Source of the DNA: a virus
Virus record (IMG/VR): IMGVR_UViG_3300027631_002331
Location: 1 to 64,000 of that record
Reading direction: 5' to 3' (one strand)
DNA: 64,000 bases
Below the pieces are notes generated by a model. The model was not told the origin of the DNA. It ran no database searches and saw only the letters and a program-made list of their open reading frames with translations. Below, one piece after another: positions 1 to 9,353 of this stretch. The stretch's first letter is position 1. Every line of letters begins with the position of its first letter. Position numbers and translations under genes: made by a program.

Positions 1-339
1 CCGTTACTATGTCCAAAATGCGGTAAGGTAATGCGTAATCGTAATGATAAACCATTCTATAAAATACATAAAAAATGTTTTAACTGTGTTATTGATTTTG
101 AAGCAGAACTAAAACGTACAGGTAAGTGGGAAGAATACGAAACCAAAATCCACAACGATGAAATCGATAACAAAATAAAAGATTTTAAAGAGTGGATTTA
201 TAATAAAGCAAACGAAAAATCTACATACGTTTCCGAAGCTGGTGATATTGAAAGATGGGTAGGTGCTAAAATAGACCTAGACAGAGTCGATGAATACGTA
301 AGAGAATCAGTAGAATATTTAGAAGCACTAAAACGATAA
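1..339 (+). CDS. 5'-truncated hypothetical protein with putative Zn-binding CxxC pairs
   Basis: Frame is open from base 1 (PLLCPKCGKVM...KCFNC); stop at 339. Confidence 0.7.
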   Translation, partial: PLLCPKCGKVMRNRNDKPFYKIHKKCFNCVIDFEAELKRTGKWEEYETKIHNDEIDNKIKDFKEWIYNKANEKSTYVSEAGDIERWVGAKIDLDRVDEYVRESVEYLEALKR

Positions 340-347
340 TATTTATA
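340..347 (+). promoter_or_regulatory. TATTTATA putative late promoter
   Basis: Recurring intergenic motif, 13 nt upstream of ATG 361. Confidence 0.6.
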
Positions 348-360
348 ATAAACTTATAAT

Positions 361-579
361 ATGGATAACTTCGATTTATACGAATGGAATCAAAAACGAC
401 GTTCAGAGCAGTTAGCTATGGATGAAGCAAAGGTATCCATAGATGAGAAAAAAAAAAAGAAAAAAGACGATCGCTGTACAAGAATAGCTAAACGTAAATA
501 CGATACTTGGCCTTCTGCTTATGCTAGTGGTGCTGTAGTTCGTTGCCGCAAAGGTGAGATATGGAAGGACGAAAAATAG
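361..579 (+). CDS. small basic phage protein (WPSAYASGAVVRCRK motif)
   Basis: ORF after TATTTATA; the PSAYA motif resembles DUF5872-like viral proteins (recalled, not searched). Confidence 0.65.
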   Translation: MDNFDLYEWNQKRRSEQLAMDEAKVSIDEKKKKKKDDRCTRIAKRKYDTWPSAYASGAVVRCRKGEIWKDEK

Positions 580-845
580 GAAAACTTATAGACGAATCAT
601 TACGTGATTGGTTTAAAAAAGAAGATTGGGTACGTATCAACTCATCTGGTGAAATAGCTGGTAAGTGCGGAACGTCAAAAAATAAAAAAAACCCTGATCG
701 TTGTCTACCTAAAAAGAAGGCATATAGTTTAAGTAAAGCAGAACGTAAAGCAACTGCAGCTAAAAAGAAGAAAGCCGGAAGTAAAGGTAAACAAGTAGTA
801 AAAAACACTAAAAAAGCGAAAGTATCGTCTAAAAACAAAAAATAA
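561..845 (+). CDS. small basic phage protein (LRDWFKKEDWV...CG...RCLP)
   Basis: Lys-rich ORF overlapping the previous one; possibly its frameshifted continuation. Confidence 0.6.
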   Translation: MEGRKIGKLIDESLRDWFKKEDWVRINSSGEIAGKCGTSKNKKNPDRCLPKKKAYSLSKAERKATAAKKKKAGSKGKQVVKNTKKAKVSSKNKK

Positions 846-874
846 TATTTATCATCATAACATTAAACTAAAAA

Positions 875-1429
875 ATGAAAGAAATAACAGCATTCAGAAA
901 CTACCTAAACGAAGGTTTAGATAAAAAAGCCGATAAGGTTGAGGAAAACATCGAAGAGATGGATACACATAGTGAAGACGCTGATGTGGCATCAAACTTT
1001 AAAGAAGGTAAGATGACTAAACAAGCCTTAAAAGAAAAAATCAAAGCTGAAATCCTATCAACTTTAAGCGAAGCTGATGATGATGGTGAAAGGGATAAAA
1101 ATACATACTTTGGTGCTGATGCAAAAGATAAAATAAAACAAAGAAGAGAAAAGGCAGTTGATTTCCTTCAAAAGCATAAAGAAAAATATGGCTTAAAAGA
1201 AGATGAAGACGAAGACGTAGACGTAGAGGATGTAGATGTTGATATCGACGTTGAAGCACCTGCTGAAACATCATCTGAACCAGGTCTAACTAGCGATGAA
1301 ATGGAAATCCAAAACTCACTTAAAAGAGCATATGATACAGCCGTTTCTATTGGTGACGAAAAACTTTCAAACCAAATAGCAAATAGTATTACCTTTTTTA
1401 CTAAGACACACGTAGTACCTAGAGACTAA
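875..1429 (+). CDS. acidic putative internal head protein
   Basis: N-terminus MKEITAFRNYLNE; E/D-rich; TATTTATC at 846-853. Confidence 0.6.
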   Translation: MKEITAFRNYLNEGLDKKADKVEENIEEMDTHSEDADVASNFKEGKMTKQALKEKIKAEILSTLSEADDDGERDKNTYFGADAKDKIKQRREKAVDFLQKHKEKYGLKEDEDEDVDVEDVDVDIDVEAPAETSSEPGLTSDEMEIQNSLKRAYDTAVSIGDEKLSNQIANSITFFTKTHVVPRD

Positions 1430-2181
1430 TGTTAAACGAACGTAAACTTACCGATAGGGAGGTAGCAACACGCGAAGACTCTATTAAGGATTTAAAACCA
1501 GCAAAGCGAGGGTTTGTAAAACGTTATGGTAGGGATGCGGAAGCAATAATGTATGCTACGGCAACTAAAAGAGCTAAAAAAAAAGTAGAAGAAATGAATA
1601 AAGAATCACTAAAGGAACTTATTAAAGATGCCTTAACCAATAAAGTAAATGAAAAGGCATTAGTTGGTGACCAACATGAGTTACCTGATTTCATTAAAGA
1701 TAAAATCAAATCAGCTACTGAAGCAGCTTTAAGTAAAAAACCTCAAGTTGAAGAACTAGTAGATGAAGATTTAGACGTAGGTCATGAAGACGATGAGCCA
1801 CGTATGATTAAAAAAGAACTTTATCGTATAGCTAAATACGCTACTGAACTATATAGAATGGTAGGTGAATATGATGAAATGGGTGGTGAAGTAGATTTTC
1901 CATCTTGGCTACAAGCTAAAATCACTAAAGCACATGATATGATGGTTTCTTCTAAACATTATTTAGATGGTGAAGAAAAAATCGACCAAATCGATGCTAT
2001 GTTAGATTCAGAACCAGAAATGGATGATATTGAAGTAGTAAGTGTTGAACCAGAAATGGATGATATCGACACACCTTCAGATGTAGTTGGAATGGAACCA
2101 GAACCAGAAATGGATAGTGACTCTATTGAAGATAGAATTAAAAATATGGTTGGTGAAAGACTTAAAAATGGTTTAAAATAA
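1429..2181 (+). CDS. acidic putative internal head protein
   Basis: Coupled via TAATG; contains three EPEMD repeats and a DFPSWLQAKITKA segment. Confidence 0.6.
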   Translation: MLNERKLTDREVATREDSIKDLKPAKRGFVKRYGRDAEAIMYATATKRAKKKVEEMNKESLKELIKDALTNKVNEKALVGDQHELPDFIKDKIKSATEAALSKKPQVEELVDEDLDVGHEDDEPRMIKKELYRIAKYATELYRMVGEYDEMGGEVDFPSWLQAKITKAHDMMVSSKHYLDGEEKIDQIDAMLDSEPEMDDIEVVSVEPEMDDIDTPSDVVGMEPEPEMDSDSIEDRIKNMVGERLKNGLK

Positions 2182-2186
2182 ACTAA

Positions 2187-2627
2187 ATGACAAAAGCAGA
2201 ATTAAGGGATAAAATCCAACGTCTAGCAAAAGACGTTTATAAGGATAACGCTAAAATCGATGATGCTGCTTTGGCATATGACGAACTAACTAAGTTTCCT
2301 GAACTTAAAAATGTAATCGTTGATTTACTTACAGTCCAGTTTGATGAGTTTTTAGAATCCATCGATTGGGTATCTCCACGCCCCACAACGTTTCGTATTA
2401 ACCTACTAAACGGTCAAAACTTTATATTAATCTTTACAGATCGCTCTTGGATAGCGCAAGTAGAAGGTAAAAAATACTATCTTTTAAATCTTGACGAAGA
2501 AGAACGAGCAGCTCAAGCTATTAGTCGTATATTATCATACGGAACAATGGAAAAATCAGATGAAGAATCCGAAGACGGTGGTGATGGCGATGCTGATGTA
2601 GATGTTGATATAGAAGATGAATTATAA
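2187..2627 (+). CDS. hypothetical protein
   Basis: 146 aa ORF; MTKAELRDKI leader and acidic tail. Confidence 0.7.
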   Translation: MTKAELRDKIQRLAKDVYKDNAKIDDAALAYDELTKFPELKNVIVDLLTVQFDEFLESIDWVSPRPTTFRINLLNGQNFILIFTDRSWIAQVEGKKYYLLNLDEEERAAQAISRILSYGTMEKSDEESEDGGDGDADVDVDIEDEL

Positions 2628-2630
2628 AAT

Positions 2631-3761
2631 ATGGATGTAGTTACTGAATTTATTAATAGGATAGCATATAAGTTTCCTAAAGGATACCCAGATATAAATG
2701 ATCCGGCTGATAAAGCATTGCTTGAATCCTTAATGGGTTTAAATGAAGAAGTACCTAATATGAGTGGTACTAAAAAAGCAGTGGCATTTATTACTCAAAA
2801 AGTAGGTGATGAATATGGGGTTAAACCACTACCATCAAAACCAAATCGTTTATCAGCACCCGGAATAAAAGATGCAAAAGTATTCGTAGATATTGTTAAA
2901 AAAACATTTGGTGAAGACACCGATATTAAAGTACTTGAACCAAGACAAGGGTCAAACCCAAGTGGTAAGTTTCCTATGTTTCAGTTTGATACAGATGATT
3001 TTGGTCAAGTTAATATGTTAGCTAGTTTTAGTGCACCAGGTGGAGCAGGTAAAACTAACGAAGCAGTATTCATAGAAACTTTAAATAAATTAATAGCCGA
3101 CGCTGGTGAATCAGCTAAAATAATAATCAACTCACCTGAGTATACAGAAACATTTGACAACGTAACATTAGTTGAAGATTCATCTAAAACAGGTGCTGGA
3201 AAAGGAGATAAATCAGATGCTCAGTTTTTATCTGATGGTAAAGTAGTAGCAAACATATCTTTAAAACAAGATGGTGGGTTTAGATGGGCATCAGTTGCCT
3301 CAAACTATCCTGATTTTATAAAAACATTTCAAGAAAAGGCATTTGCAGGTGAAATAGATGGGTTTGAGTTAAAACCAAATCCAGAAATCAAAGGTAAATA
3401 CCTAATGTATAACTCCAAAACAGGAGATAGAGTTACTAAGGTAGTAATACCTGATTTTATTGAAGGAAATGATGAAATAGAAACGTTTGTATTTGGACCT
3501 GAAGACCCTAAAGTTATAGTAGTATCTAGATCATGGAAAGAAAGTGATTTTAAACTAGATGGGGATACTATTACATTACAAGCAACCCATATTTATAAGA
3601 GTATAGACGATATTGAAAAAGGAGGAATAGCTCCTGTATTTACTATTGCTCAACACCAAAATAAACCTATTGGGTTAGATTATAGGATTTATCCTGAAAA
3701 TATGACTAAAATAGGATCTAGATCTAGAGGAATCGAACTATCAGTAAGTGACATAATATGA
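2631..3761 (+). CDS. putative PD-(D/E)xK-like nuclease
   Basis: GKTNE...KSDAQF...NISLK resembles the E...D...(E/S)xK core of restriction-like nucleases. Confidence 0.45.
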   Translation: MDVVTEFINRIAYKFPKGYPDINDPADKALLESLMGLNEEVPNMSGTKKAVAFITQKVGDEYGVKPLPSKPNRLSAPGIKDAKVFVDIVKKTFGEDTDIKVLEPRQGSNPSGKFPMFQFDTDDFGQVNMLASFSAPGGAGKTNEAVFIETLNKLIADAGESAKIIINSPEYTETFDNVTLVEDSSKTGAGKGDKSDAQFLSDGKVVANISLKQDGGFRWASVASNYPDFIKTFQEKAFAGEIDGFELKPNPEIKGKYLMYNSKTGDRVTKVVIPDFIEGNDEIETFVFGPEDPKVIVVSRSWKESDFKLDGDTITLQATHIYKSIDDIEKGGIAPVFTIAQHQNKPIGLDYRIYPENMTKIGSRSRGIELSVSDII

Positions 3762-4705
3762 AAAAAGAACTAATAAAAAAGTTAATAGTAGAAGCACTAC
3801 AAAAACCACTAAAGAAGTCATGTTCTTGTGGTTGTGGTACTTGTAGTACTAATGATGCCCCTATATTAACCGAATCTAAGGTTAAAAACATATTAAGTGA
3901 AGGATTACAACATCATATAGATAATAAAATCCCACTATACGATACTATATATCGTTATTCCTCAGATAAACACTTATCGTTAATCAAAGAAGCTAAAAAA
4001 CTATACTCAAGGGGAGTAATAGATTTAGCTGAAGGCGATAAACAACTAATCGAAACCAACTTAGGCGAGTTTGGTATGTTTGAAGGTGAAGTAGTACCTT
4101 TAGATTTACCTATGATTGATGAAGATCTTGCTAGAGGGTATGATTGGAAAGCATCAAAAGCTACACAAGATAGAAAAGATATGGGTTATGATCTAAATGA
4201 TCTACTCGCTGTAAAAAGTGATCTTAAAAAGAAAGGATTTGATGTAAAAGTAGGATACCCTACTGAAATCGATCCTAAAATCCAAATCCAACATATTGGT
4301 GGAGATATAGATGATTTACAGTTAACTCTAGATCAAATGTTTGGAGATAACTACCGTATTGTATTTGATACTAATCAAAGAATGTTTGAGGCATTAGATG
4401 AAAATCTAAACGAATACTCTGAATATGGTGGTAGAGAAGTTAAACTAAACAAACCTAAAAGAGGTGGATCTAAAGCGTATTATGTATATGTTAAAGATCC
4501 AAGAACTAAAAAAGTTAAAAAAGTACAGTTTGGATCCGGTGGATTAAGAGCTAAAATCAAAGATAAAGATAAACGTTTAGCATTCGCTGCTCGTCATAAA
4601 TGTTCTACTAAAAAAGACAGAACAAAACCTGGATATTGGTCTTGTAACTTACCTAGATATGCTAAAGCACTTAAGTTAGGTAGTAATATGAATACCTATT
4701 GGTAG
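3758..4705 (+). CDS. putative virion protein with basic C-terminal domain
   Basis: CSCGCGTC near the N-terminus; C-terminal YVYVKDP..KKVQFG..FAARHKC..GYWSC (DUF6321-like, recalled). Confidence 0.6.
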   Translation: MKKELIKKLIVEALQKPLKKSCSCGCGTCSTNDAPILTESKVKNILSEGLQHHIDNKIPLYDTIYRYSSDKHLSLIKEAKKLYSRGVIDLAEGDKQLIETNLGEFGMFEGEVVPLDLPMIDEDLARGYDWKASKATQDRKDMGYDLNDLLAVKSDLKKKGFDVKVGYPTEIDPKIQIQHIGGDIDDLQLTLDQMFGDNYRIVFDTNQRMFEALDENLNEYSEYGGREVKLNKPKRGGSKAYYVYVKDPRTKKVKKVQFGSGGLRAKIKDKDKRLAFAARHKCSTKKDRTKPGYWSCNLPRYAKALKLGSNMNTYW

Positions 4706-4712
4706 AATTGAA

Positions 4713-4720
4713 TATTTATA
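4713..4720 (+). promoter_or_regulatory. TATTTATA putative late promoter
   Basis: Intergenic, upstream of ATG 4732. Confidence 0.6.
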
Positions 4721-4731
4721 ATAAAAAATAG

Positions 4732-5313
4732 ATGGCTAAAAATATAAGTGAAGTAGGAATAGTAGATGGGCAGATAGTATACGCTGACCAAATACTCCAA
4801 TTAACTGATGCTCTTCGAGGTGATGATGCTTATAATATTAACTTAAGTGGTAGTATAAGTATAAACGATGTCACTTACCCTTCAACTGATGGGGGTGTTA
4901 GTGGTTCTGTATTAATGACAGATGGTAGTGGAACAGCAGGATTTGGTTTAGTACAATCCGTTCCTTCAGCATCTTATGCCTTAACTTCATCTCATTCTAT
5001 CACTTCATCTTTAGCAATAAATGCTATAGATGCTGTATCCTCATCATACGCTTTATCTTCATCATATGCTGGGTTTTCAGATGTAGCTAGAACATCTTTA
5101 GATTTTCAAACAACTACATATACATCACAATTTACTGTATCATCACTTAATTATACTTTTAACCATAATCTTAACTTTAAGTATGTAGTAGTACAAGCAT
5201 ACAACACAGATGATGTACAAATAATCCCATCAGAGGTTAGAGCATTGGATGTAAATAATACATTTGTAAGATTCGCAGCTCCCCAAAACGGAACTATAGT
5301 AATACAAGCATAA
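4732..5313 (+). CDS. putative virion fibre/decoration protein
   Basis: SASYA/SSSYA repeats shared with 19377; GVSGSVLMTDGSG linker; C-terminal HNLNFKYVVVQAY beta domain. Confidence 0.55.
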   Translation: MAKNISEVGIVDGQIVYADQILQLTDALRGDDAYNINLSGSISINDVTYPSTDGGVSGSVLMTDGSGTAGFGLVQSVPSASYALTSSHSITSSLAINAIDAVSSSYALSSSYAGFSDVARTSLDFQTTTYTSQFTVSSLNYTFNHNLNFKYVVVQAYNTDDVQIIPSEVRALDVNNTFVRFAAPQNGTIVIQA

Positions 5314-5558
5314 TGCCTTATATAGATAACTCCAATATTCGTACGTTCTCTAAAGACGTAAATGCTATGGATTTAATATGGCATATGGATGACGAAGATA
5401 GAAATATTGAAGTATTAGAAGGTAAAGGTTGGCAATTTCAACGAGACAACGAATTACCTTTGGTACTTAAAGAAGGAGATCGTATATTTATACCACAACA
5501 TCAAGTACATAGAGTAATAAAAGGTACAACTGATTTAAAAATACGAATAAATGATTAA
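5313..5558 (+). CDS. small cupin-like protein
   Basis: WHMDDEDR..EVLEGKG..LKEGDRIFIPQHQVHRV fits the two cupin motifs. Confidence 0.6.
   Translation: MPYIDNSNIRTFSKDVNAMDLIWHMDDEDRNIEVLEGKGWQFQRDNELPLVLKEGDRIFIPQHQVHRVIKGTTDLKIRIND
5460..5492 (+). promoter_or_regulatory. TTGG-N17-CGTATATT promoter-like motif overlapping TATTTATA
   Basis: TTGG 5460-5463, CGTATATT 5481-5488, TATTTATA 5485-5492; intragenic, upstream of 5551. Confidence 0.5.
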
Positions 5559-5745
5559 ACTAACCGATTTATTAGAAGACAAATCAACACAAGATGCTGA
5601 TAAGTGGGTAGAGTTTCTACAAAAAGAACTAGACTTAGAAACGTTAAAAAAACGTTTTGGTGCTAGTGATATTAGAGCAGATATTGATTACTCAACTGAT
5701 TATTTTAACGTAATAGATAGTATAGCAAACCAAGAAATAGAATAA
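5551..5745 (+). CDS. hypothetical protein (MIKLTDLLE leader)
   Basis: 64 aa ORF in a tightly packed run. Confidence 0.6.
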   Translation: MIKLTDLLEDKSTQDADKWVEFLQKELDLETLKKRFGASDIRADIDYSTDYFNVIDSIANQEIE

Positions 5746-5751
5746 ACTAAC

Positions 5752-6168
5752 ATGAAAGAACTAGTAACATTTAGAAAATACCTAAACGAAGGTATTATAA
5801 ACGAAGAATTAACTCCTATTCAACAATATGTTTACGACTATGAGATAGAGGTTAGTGGTGAGGATATGGCAAAAGATTTTTTAGATAGTATTGAAAAGTT
5901 AAAAACACCACAAGATGTTTATGATTACTATTCTATTGATAGAGGTTGGGAAGATGATGATTTAGAAAACATATACAAACAAGTAAAAAGAAAATTTAAG
6001 AATTTAATTTCAACTGATGGTTTAACTCCACTCCAAAGAAGAGCTTATAGTTATGCTAAAGAAAGATTTGGAAATGATGAAGCTAAAAAGGATTTAGATA
6101 TAATTAAAACATTTGAAACTGACCAAGAATTTACAGCTTGGGTATTGGAAAAAATAAAAGAAAACTAA
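5752..6168 (+). CDS. putative internal head protein
   Basis: N-terminus MKELVTFRKYLNE nearly identical to 875; internal repeat LTPIQQYVY / LTPLQRRAY. Confidence 0.6.
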   Translation: MKELVTFRKYLNEGIINEELTPIQQYVYDYEIEVSGEDMAKDFLDSIEKLKTPQDVYDYYSIDRGWEDDDLENIYKQVKRKFKNLISTDGLTPLQRRAYSYAKERFGNDEAKKDLDIIKTFETDQEFTAWVLEKIKEN

Positions 6169-6217
6169 CATACAGACTGATTCATAGCCAGTCGCGATTA
6201 CAAAAAACAGATATCTG

Positions 6218-6245
6218 TGGCATCTCATTTGGAGATGCCATTTTT
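6218..6245 (+). terminator. intrinsic terminator overlapping promoter motif
   Basis: TGGCATCTC-ATTTG-GAGATGCCA followed by TTTTT. Confidence 0.7.
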
Positions 6246-6257
6246 CTTTCGTATATT
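6229..6257 (+). promoter_or_regulatory. TTGG-N17-CGTATATT promoter-like motif
   Basis: 17-nt spacer; upstream of ATG 6279. Confidence 0.65.
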
Positions 6258-6278
6258 AATGTATTAATAAGAATATAA

Positions 6279-7592
6279 ATGAGCAAAAACGTATTAATTA
6301 TTGGAGCAGGTGTAGCAGGTGTAAATGCTGCTACTAAGTTAGTTGACAACAACTTTGATGGTAAAATAACTATTGTTGATATGGGTAAAAATCCATATAA
6401 TAGACCATACGATGATGTTATGACTGGTTTTTTAGGTGCTGGAGGATGGAGTGATGGTAAGTTAACTTATCATACATCTATTGGAGGTCAGTTATCTAAA
6501 TATTGTGGTGAGGATAAGGCGATGGAGTTGATGGATCAAGTTATTGAAAACTTTAAACGTTTCCACCCTAAACCAGAGGAAGTACAGTGTTCTAATCCAG
6601 TTGCTGAACCTGATTTTATTAAACCACACTTTGGTTTACGTTTATTTCCTGTATGGCATGTTGGTACAGATTATTTACATGAAATAGGTAAAAACTGGTT
6701 TGATTATTTAGAATCTAAAGGTGTAGAGTTTATTTGGGAAACTAAAGTATCAGATATTGATTTTGATAATAATATAGTTCGTTCATCACTATTAAATGGT
6801 GGTGAAGAGATTAGTATTAGTTATGATGAACTTATATTTGGTGTAGGTAAATCAGGTATTGACTTTGGTAAACAACTAGCAGAAAAATACAAACTACCAA
6901 CCGAACCTAAATCAGTACAAATAGGTGTTCGATTCGAAGCACCACAAAAACACTTCCAAAAACTAATAGATGTATCATACGATTTTAAGTTATATAGAAA
7001 GTTTGAGGATAAAGGTGTATCACTTCGCTCATTTTGTACTAACAATAATGCGGCTTATGTGGCCGTAGAACAAACATATGGTAATCATACCTACAACGGT
7101 CATGCCAAAAAGGATGAAGCATTTAGAAACGATATGACTAACTTTGGTATTTTAATGGAAATACAAGGTATAGAAAAACCATTTGATTGGTCAAGAAACG
7201 TAGTTAAATCATTACAATCATCTGATAATACAGGTTTATATTACTCACCAACCAGAAAACAATCCACAACATCTGAAGGTATAAAAGTATCTGCTACACA
7301 AATCGACACAGGGGGATATAGAGATGTTGTTGAGATGTTTGATGGATATTTTACATATATTGAAGATTTTATTGATGGTATGAAAAAAGTATTCCCAACA
7401 CTTAAAGACGATTGGGGTATGTATATTCCGGAAGTAAAATATCTATCACCAGAACCACTAGTAAACTATAACGATTTATCATTAACCAAATATAACAACG
7501 TACACTTTGTAGGAGATGCTTTATCCGCAAGAGGTATAACAGTATCAGGCGCACAAGGTATCTACGTTATTGAATCACTATTAAACAACTAA
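6279..7592 (+). CDS. FAD-dependent oxidoreductase (uncharacterised dehydrogenase family)
   Basis: Rossmann IIGAGVAG; GFLGAGGWSDGKL; IGVRFE; RSFCTN; C-terminal HFVGD..RGITVSGAQG. Confidence 0.85.
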   Translation: MSKNVLIIGAGVAGVNAATKLVDNNFDGKITIVDMGKNPYNRPYDDVMTGFLGAGGWSDGKLTYHTSIGGQLSKYCGEDKAMELMDQVIENFKRFHPKPEEVQCSNPVAEPDFIKPHFGLRLFPVWHVGTDYLHEIGKNWFDYLESKGVEFIWETKVSDIDFDNNIVRSSLLNGGEEISISYDELIFGVGKSGIDFGKQLAEKYKLPTEPKSVQIGVRFEAPQKHFQKLIDVSYDFKLYRKFEDKGVSLRSFCTNNNAAYVAVEQTYGNHTYNGHAKKDEAFRNDMTNFGILMEIQGIEKPFDWSRNVVKSLQSSDNTGLYYSPTRKQSTTSEGIKVSATQIDTGGYRDVVEMFDGYFTYIEDFIDGMKKVFPTLKDDWGMYIPEVKYLSPEPLVNYNDLSLTKYNNVHFVGDALSARGITVSGAQGIYVIESLLNN

Positions 7593-7595
7593 GTT

Positions 7596-7997
7596 ATGAC
7601 TATTGAACAAAGACAAAAACACTATGAAAACGAGTTAAAGGATTATTTCGATAGAAATGATGATATGCCTTTAATAAACGCTATGCGTAAGTTTAAAAAA
7701 CGTTTAACTGAATGGGAGGATGGTTATGAACCCATCATCGATGAAAGTGAATATCCTAAAACACGCAAACTAGTTAACCAAGTAGATGGTACAATCGCTA
7801 TATGTTGGGATAACAAACCCCATAACTGGGATGGACCAGCATTATTTCCTAAAGGAGATAAAAAACAAGGCGAATATTACCTATATGGTATTCGTTATGA
7901 AGCAGAAGAGTGGAAAGAGATGAAGAAACAATGGGAAGGATTGCCTTGGTATAAAACACCAGCTATTCTTATGGATGCAGGATCAGCAAGAAACTAA
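7596..7997 (+). CDS. hypothetical protein (HNWDGPAL motif)
   Basis: 133 aa ORF. Confidence 0.65.
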   Translation: MTIEQRQKHYENELKDYFDRNDDMPLINAMRKFKKRLTEWEDGYEPIIDESEYPKTRKLVNQVDGTIAICWDNKPHNWDGPALFPKGDKKQGEYYLYGIRYEAEEWKEMKKQWEGLPWYKTPAILMDAGSARN

Positions 7998-8010
7998 AAC
8001 ATATGGGAGT

Positions 8011-8043
8011 GGGGTTGGATTTACCAACCCCCTTTCGTATATT
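8011..8043 (+). promoter_or_regulatory. hairpin plus TTGG-N17-CGTATATT motif
   Basis: GGGGTTGG-ATTTA-CCAACCCC stem; TTGG 8015, CGTATATT 8036. Confidence 0.65.
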
Positions 8044-8070
8044 ATGGTAATATAGATAAAAAGTAATAAT

Positions 8071-8598
8071 ATGAAAATAGGATTAACAGGTACTATGAGT
8101 GTTGGTAAAACAACATTAGTTAACGCTTTAAAAAAGAATAAGTTATTTAAAGATTATAATTTTGCTACTGAGCGTAGTGAATATTTAATGAATTTAGGTA
8201 TTCCATTAAATACTGATTCTACATTAAAAGGTCAAACAGTATTTTTAGCTGAGCGATGTGCTGAATTGATGCAGGATAATATTATAACTGACAGAACTAT
8301 TATAGATGTATTAGCATTTACTCAATCAGCTAAATCAGTTGACCAAGTAGAGTATGATTTATTTGAACAATATGCTATTCAGTTTTTAAGAGATTATGAT
8401 CATATATTTTATATTTCTCCTGAGGGTATGCCTATTGAAGATAATGGTGTTAGAGAAACTGATGAACATTTTAGAGATGTTATTGATTTTAGTATTATGA
8501 ATTTATTAAAACGATGGGGTCATAGAATAGATAACGTAACTGAAATTAGTGGTACTACTGAACAACGTATCAAACAAATCGAAGAAGCCATATCTTAA
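8071..8598 (+). CDS. P-loop NTPase/kinase, NadR/AAA_28-like
   Basis: GTMSVGKTT Walker A; IITDRTIID; YDHIFYI; EDNGVR. Confidence 0.75.
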   Translation: MKIGLTGTMSVGKTTLVNALKKNKLFKDYNFATERSEYLMNLGIPLNTDSTLKGQTVFLAERCAELMQDNIITDRTIIDVLAFTQSAKSVDQVEYDLFEQYAIQFLRDYDHIFYISPEGMPIEDNGVRETDEHFRDVIDFSIMNLLKRWGHRIDNVTEISGTTEQRIKQIEEAIS

Positions 8599-8601
8599 TA
8601 A

Positions 8602-8609
8602 TATTTATA
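8602..8609 (+). promoter_or_regulatory. TATTTATA putative late promoter
   Basis: Intergenic, upstream of 8624. Confidence 0.6.
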
Positions 8610-8623
8610 ACAAAATATAATAA

Positions 8624-9025
8624 ATGAAACGTTCAGAATTAAAATCATACATCAAAGAGCAAATAGTATCTACTTTAGAAGAAGCTACATTTCAAGCGGA
8701 TAAAAGTGATCAATCATCAATAGATGCAGCTAAGAAAGCAGCTAGTAAAGATGATGTAATCAAAATATCAGAAATCGATGATGAAGAAGGTGATAAAGAA
8801 GCAACGAAAGGTGCTAGAAAAAATGCCTCAAAAACTAAACGTTTAGATGCTAAGATTAAAGCTTTACAACAAATCGAAGCTGATATGAAGACTGAACTTA
8901 AAGCCTTTAAATCAGCTGAAGGTGATGATGAAAAAAATGCGGCTAAAAAACAGCTAAAAAGATTAACTGATTTGAAAAAAGAAGCAAAAGCTGAAATTAA
9001 AAAATTAGAAAGTGAAATTATTTAA
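8624..9025 (+). CDS. coiled-coil protein with MKRSELK leader
   Basis: 133 aa, charged and helical. Confidence 0.65.
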   Translation: MKRSELKSYIKEQIVSTLEEATFQADKSDQSSIDAAKKAASKDDVIKISEIDDEEGDKEATKGARKNASKTKRLDAKIKALQQIEADMKTELKAFKSAEGDDEKNAAKKQLKRLTDLKKEAKAEIKKLESEII

Positions 9026-9353
9026 TAAGTATACTCTATTAGTACTATTATTAATATCAATAGGTTTTAATTATTATGAAATTTTTATTGATGATCCTTT
9101 ATATATTAAACAATATGAAGATACAATTACTAAGTTAGAGACTGAAATAGATAGTATAAACATTAATAATATAGGTTTAAAATCACAAGTATTAGCCTTA
9201 GAAGATAAAATTGATACTTTAGATTTAGAATTAACAAATATAGAAGATAAAAGAAAATCAATAATCAGATCATATGAAATATATTTACAGCAAATTACTG
9301 ATCTTAATGATTCTGAACTTGAACGTTGGTTACTCTCAAGATACAACAATTGA
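9012..9353 (+). CDS. membrane-anchored coiled-coil protein (i-spanin-like)
   Basis: GTG start; N-terminal hydrophobic helix followed by heptad pattern. Confidence 0.55.
   Translation: MKLFNKYTLLVLLLISIGFNYYEIFIDDPLYIKQYEDTITKLETEIDSININNIGLKSQVLALEDKIDTLDLELTNIEDKRKSIIRSYEIYLQQITDLNDSELERWLLSRYNN

Noticed and set aside
2526-2533. CGTATATT inside ORF 2187
   Set aside because: No TTGG-like box 17 nt upstream (CGAG there).
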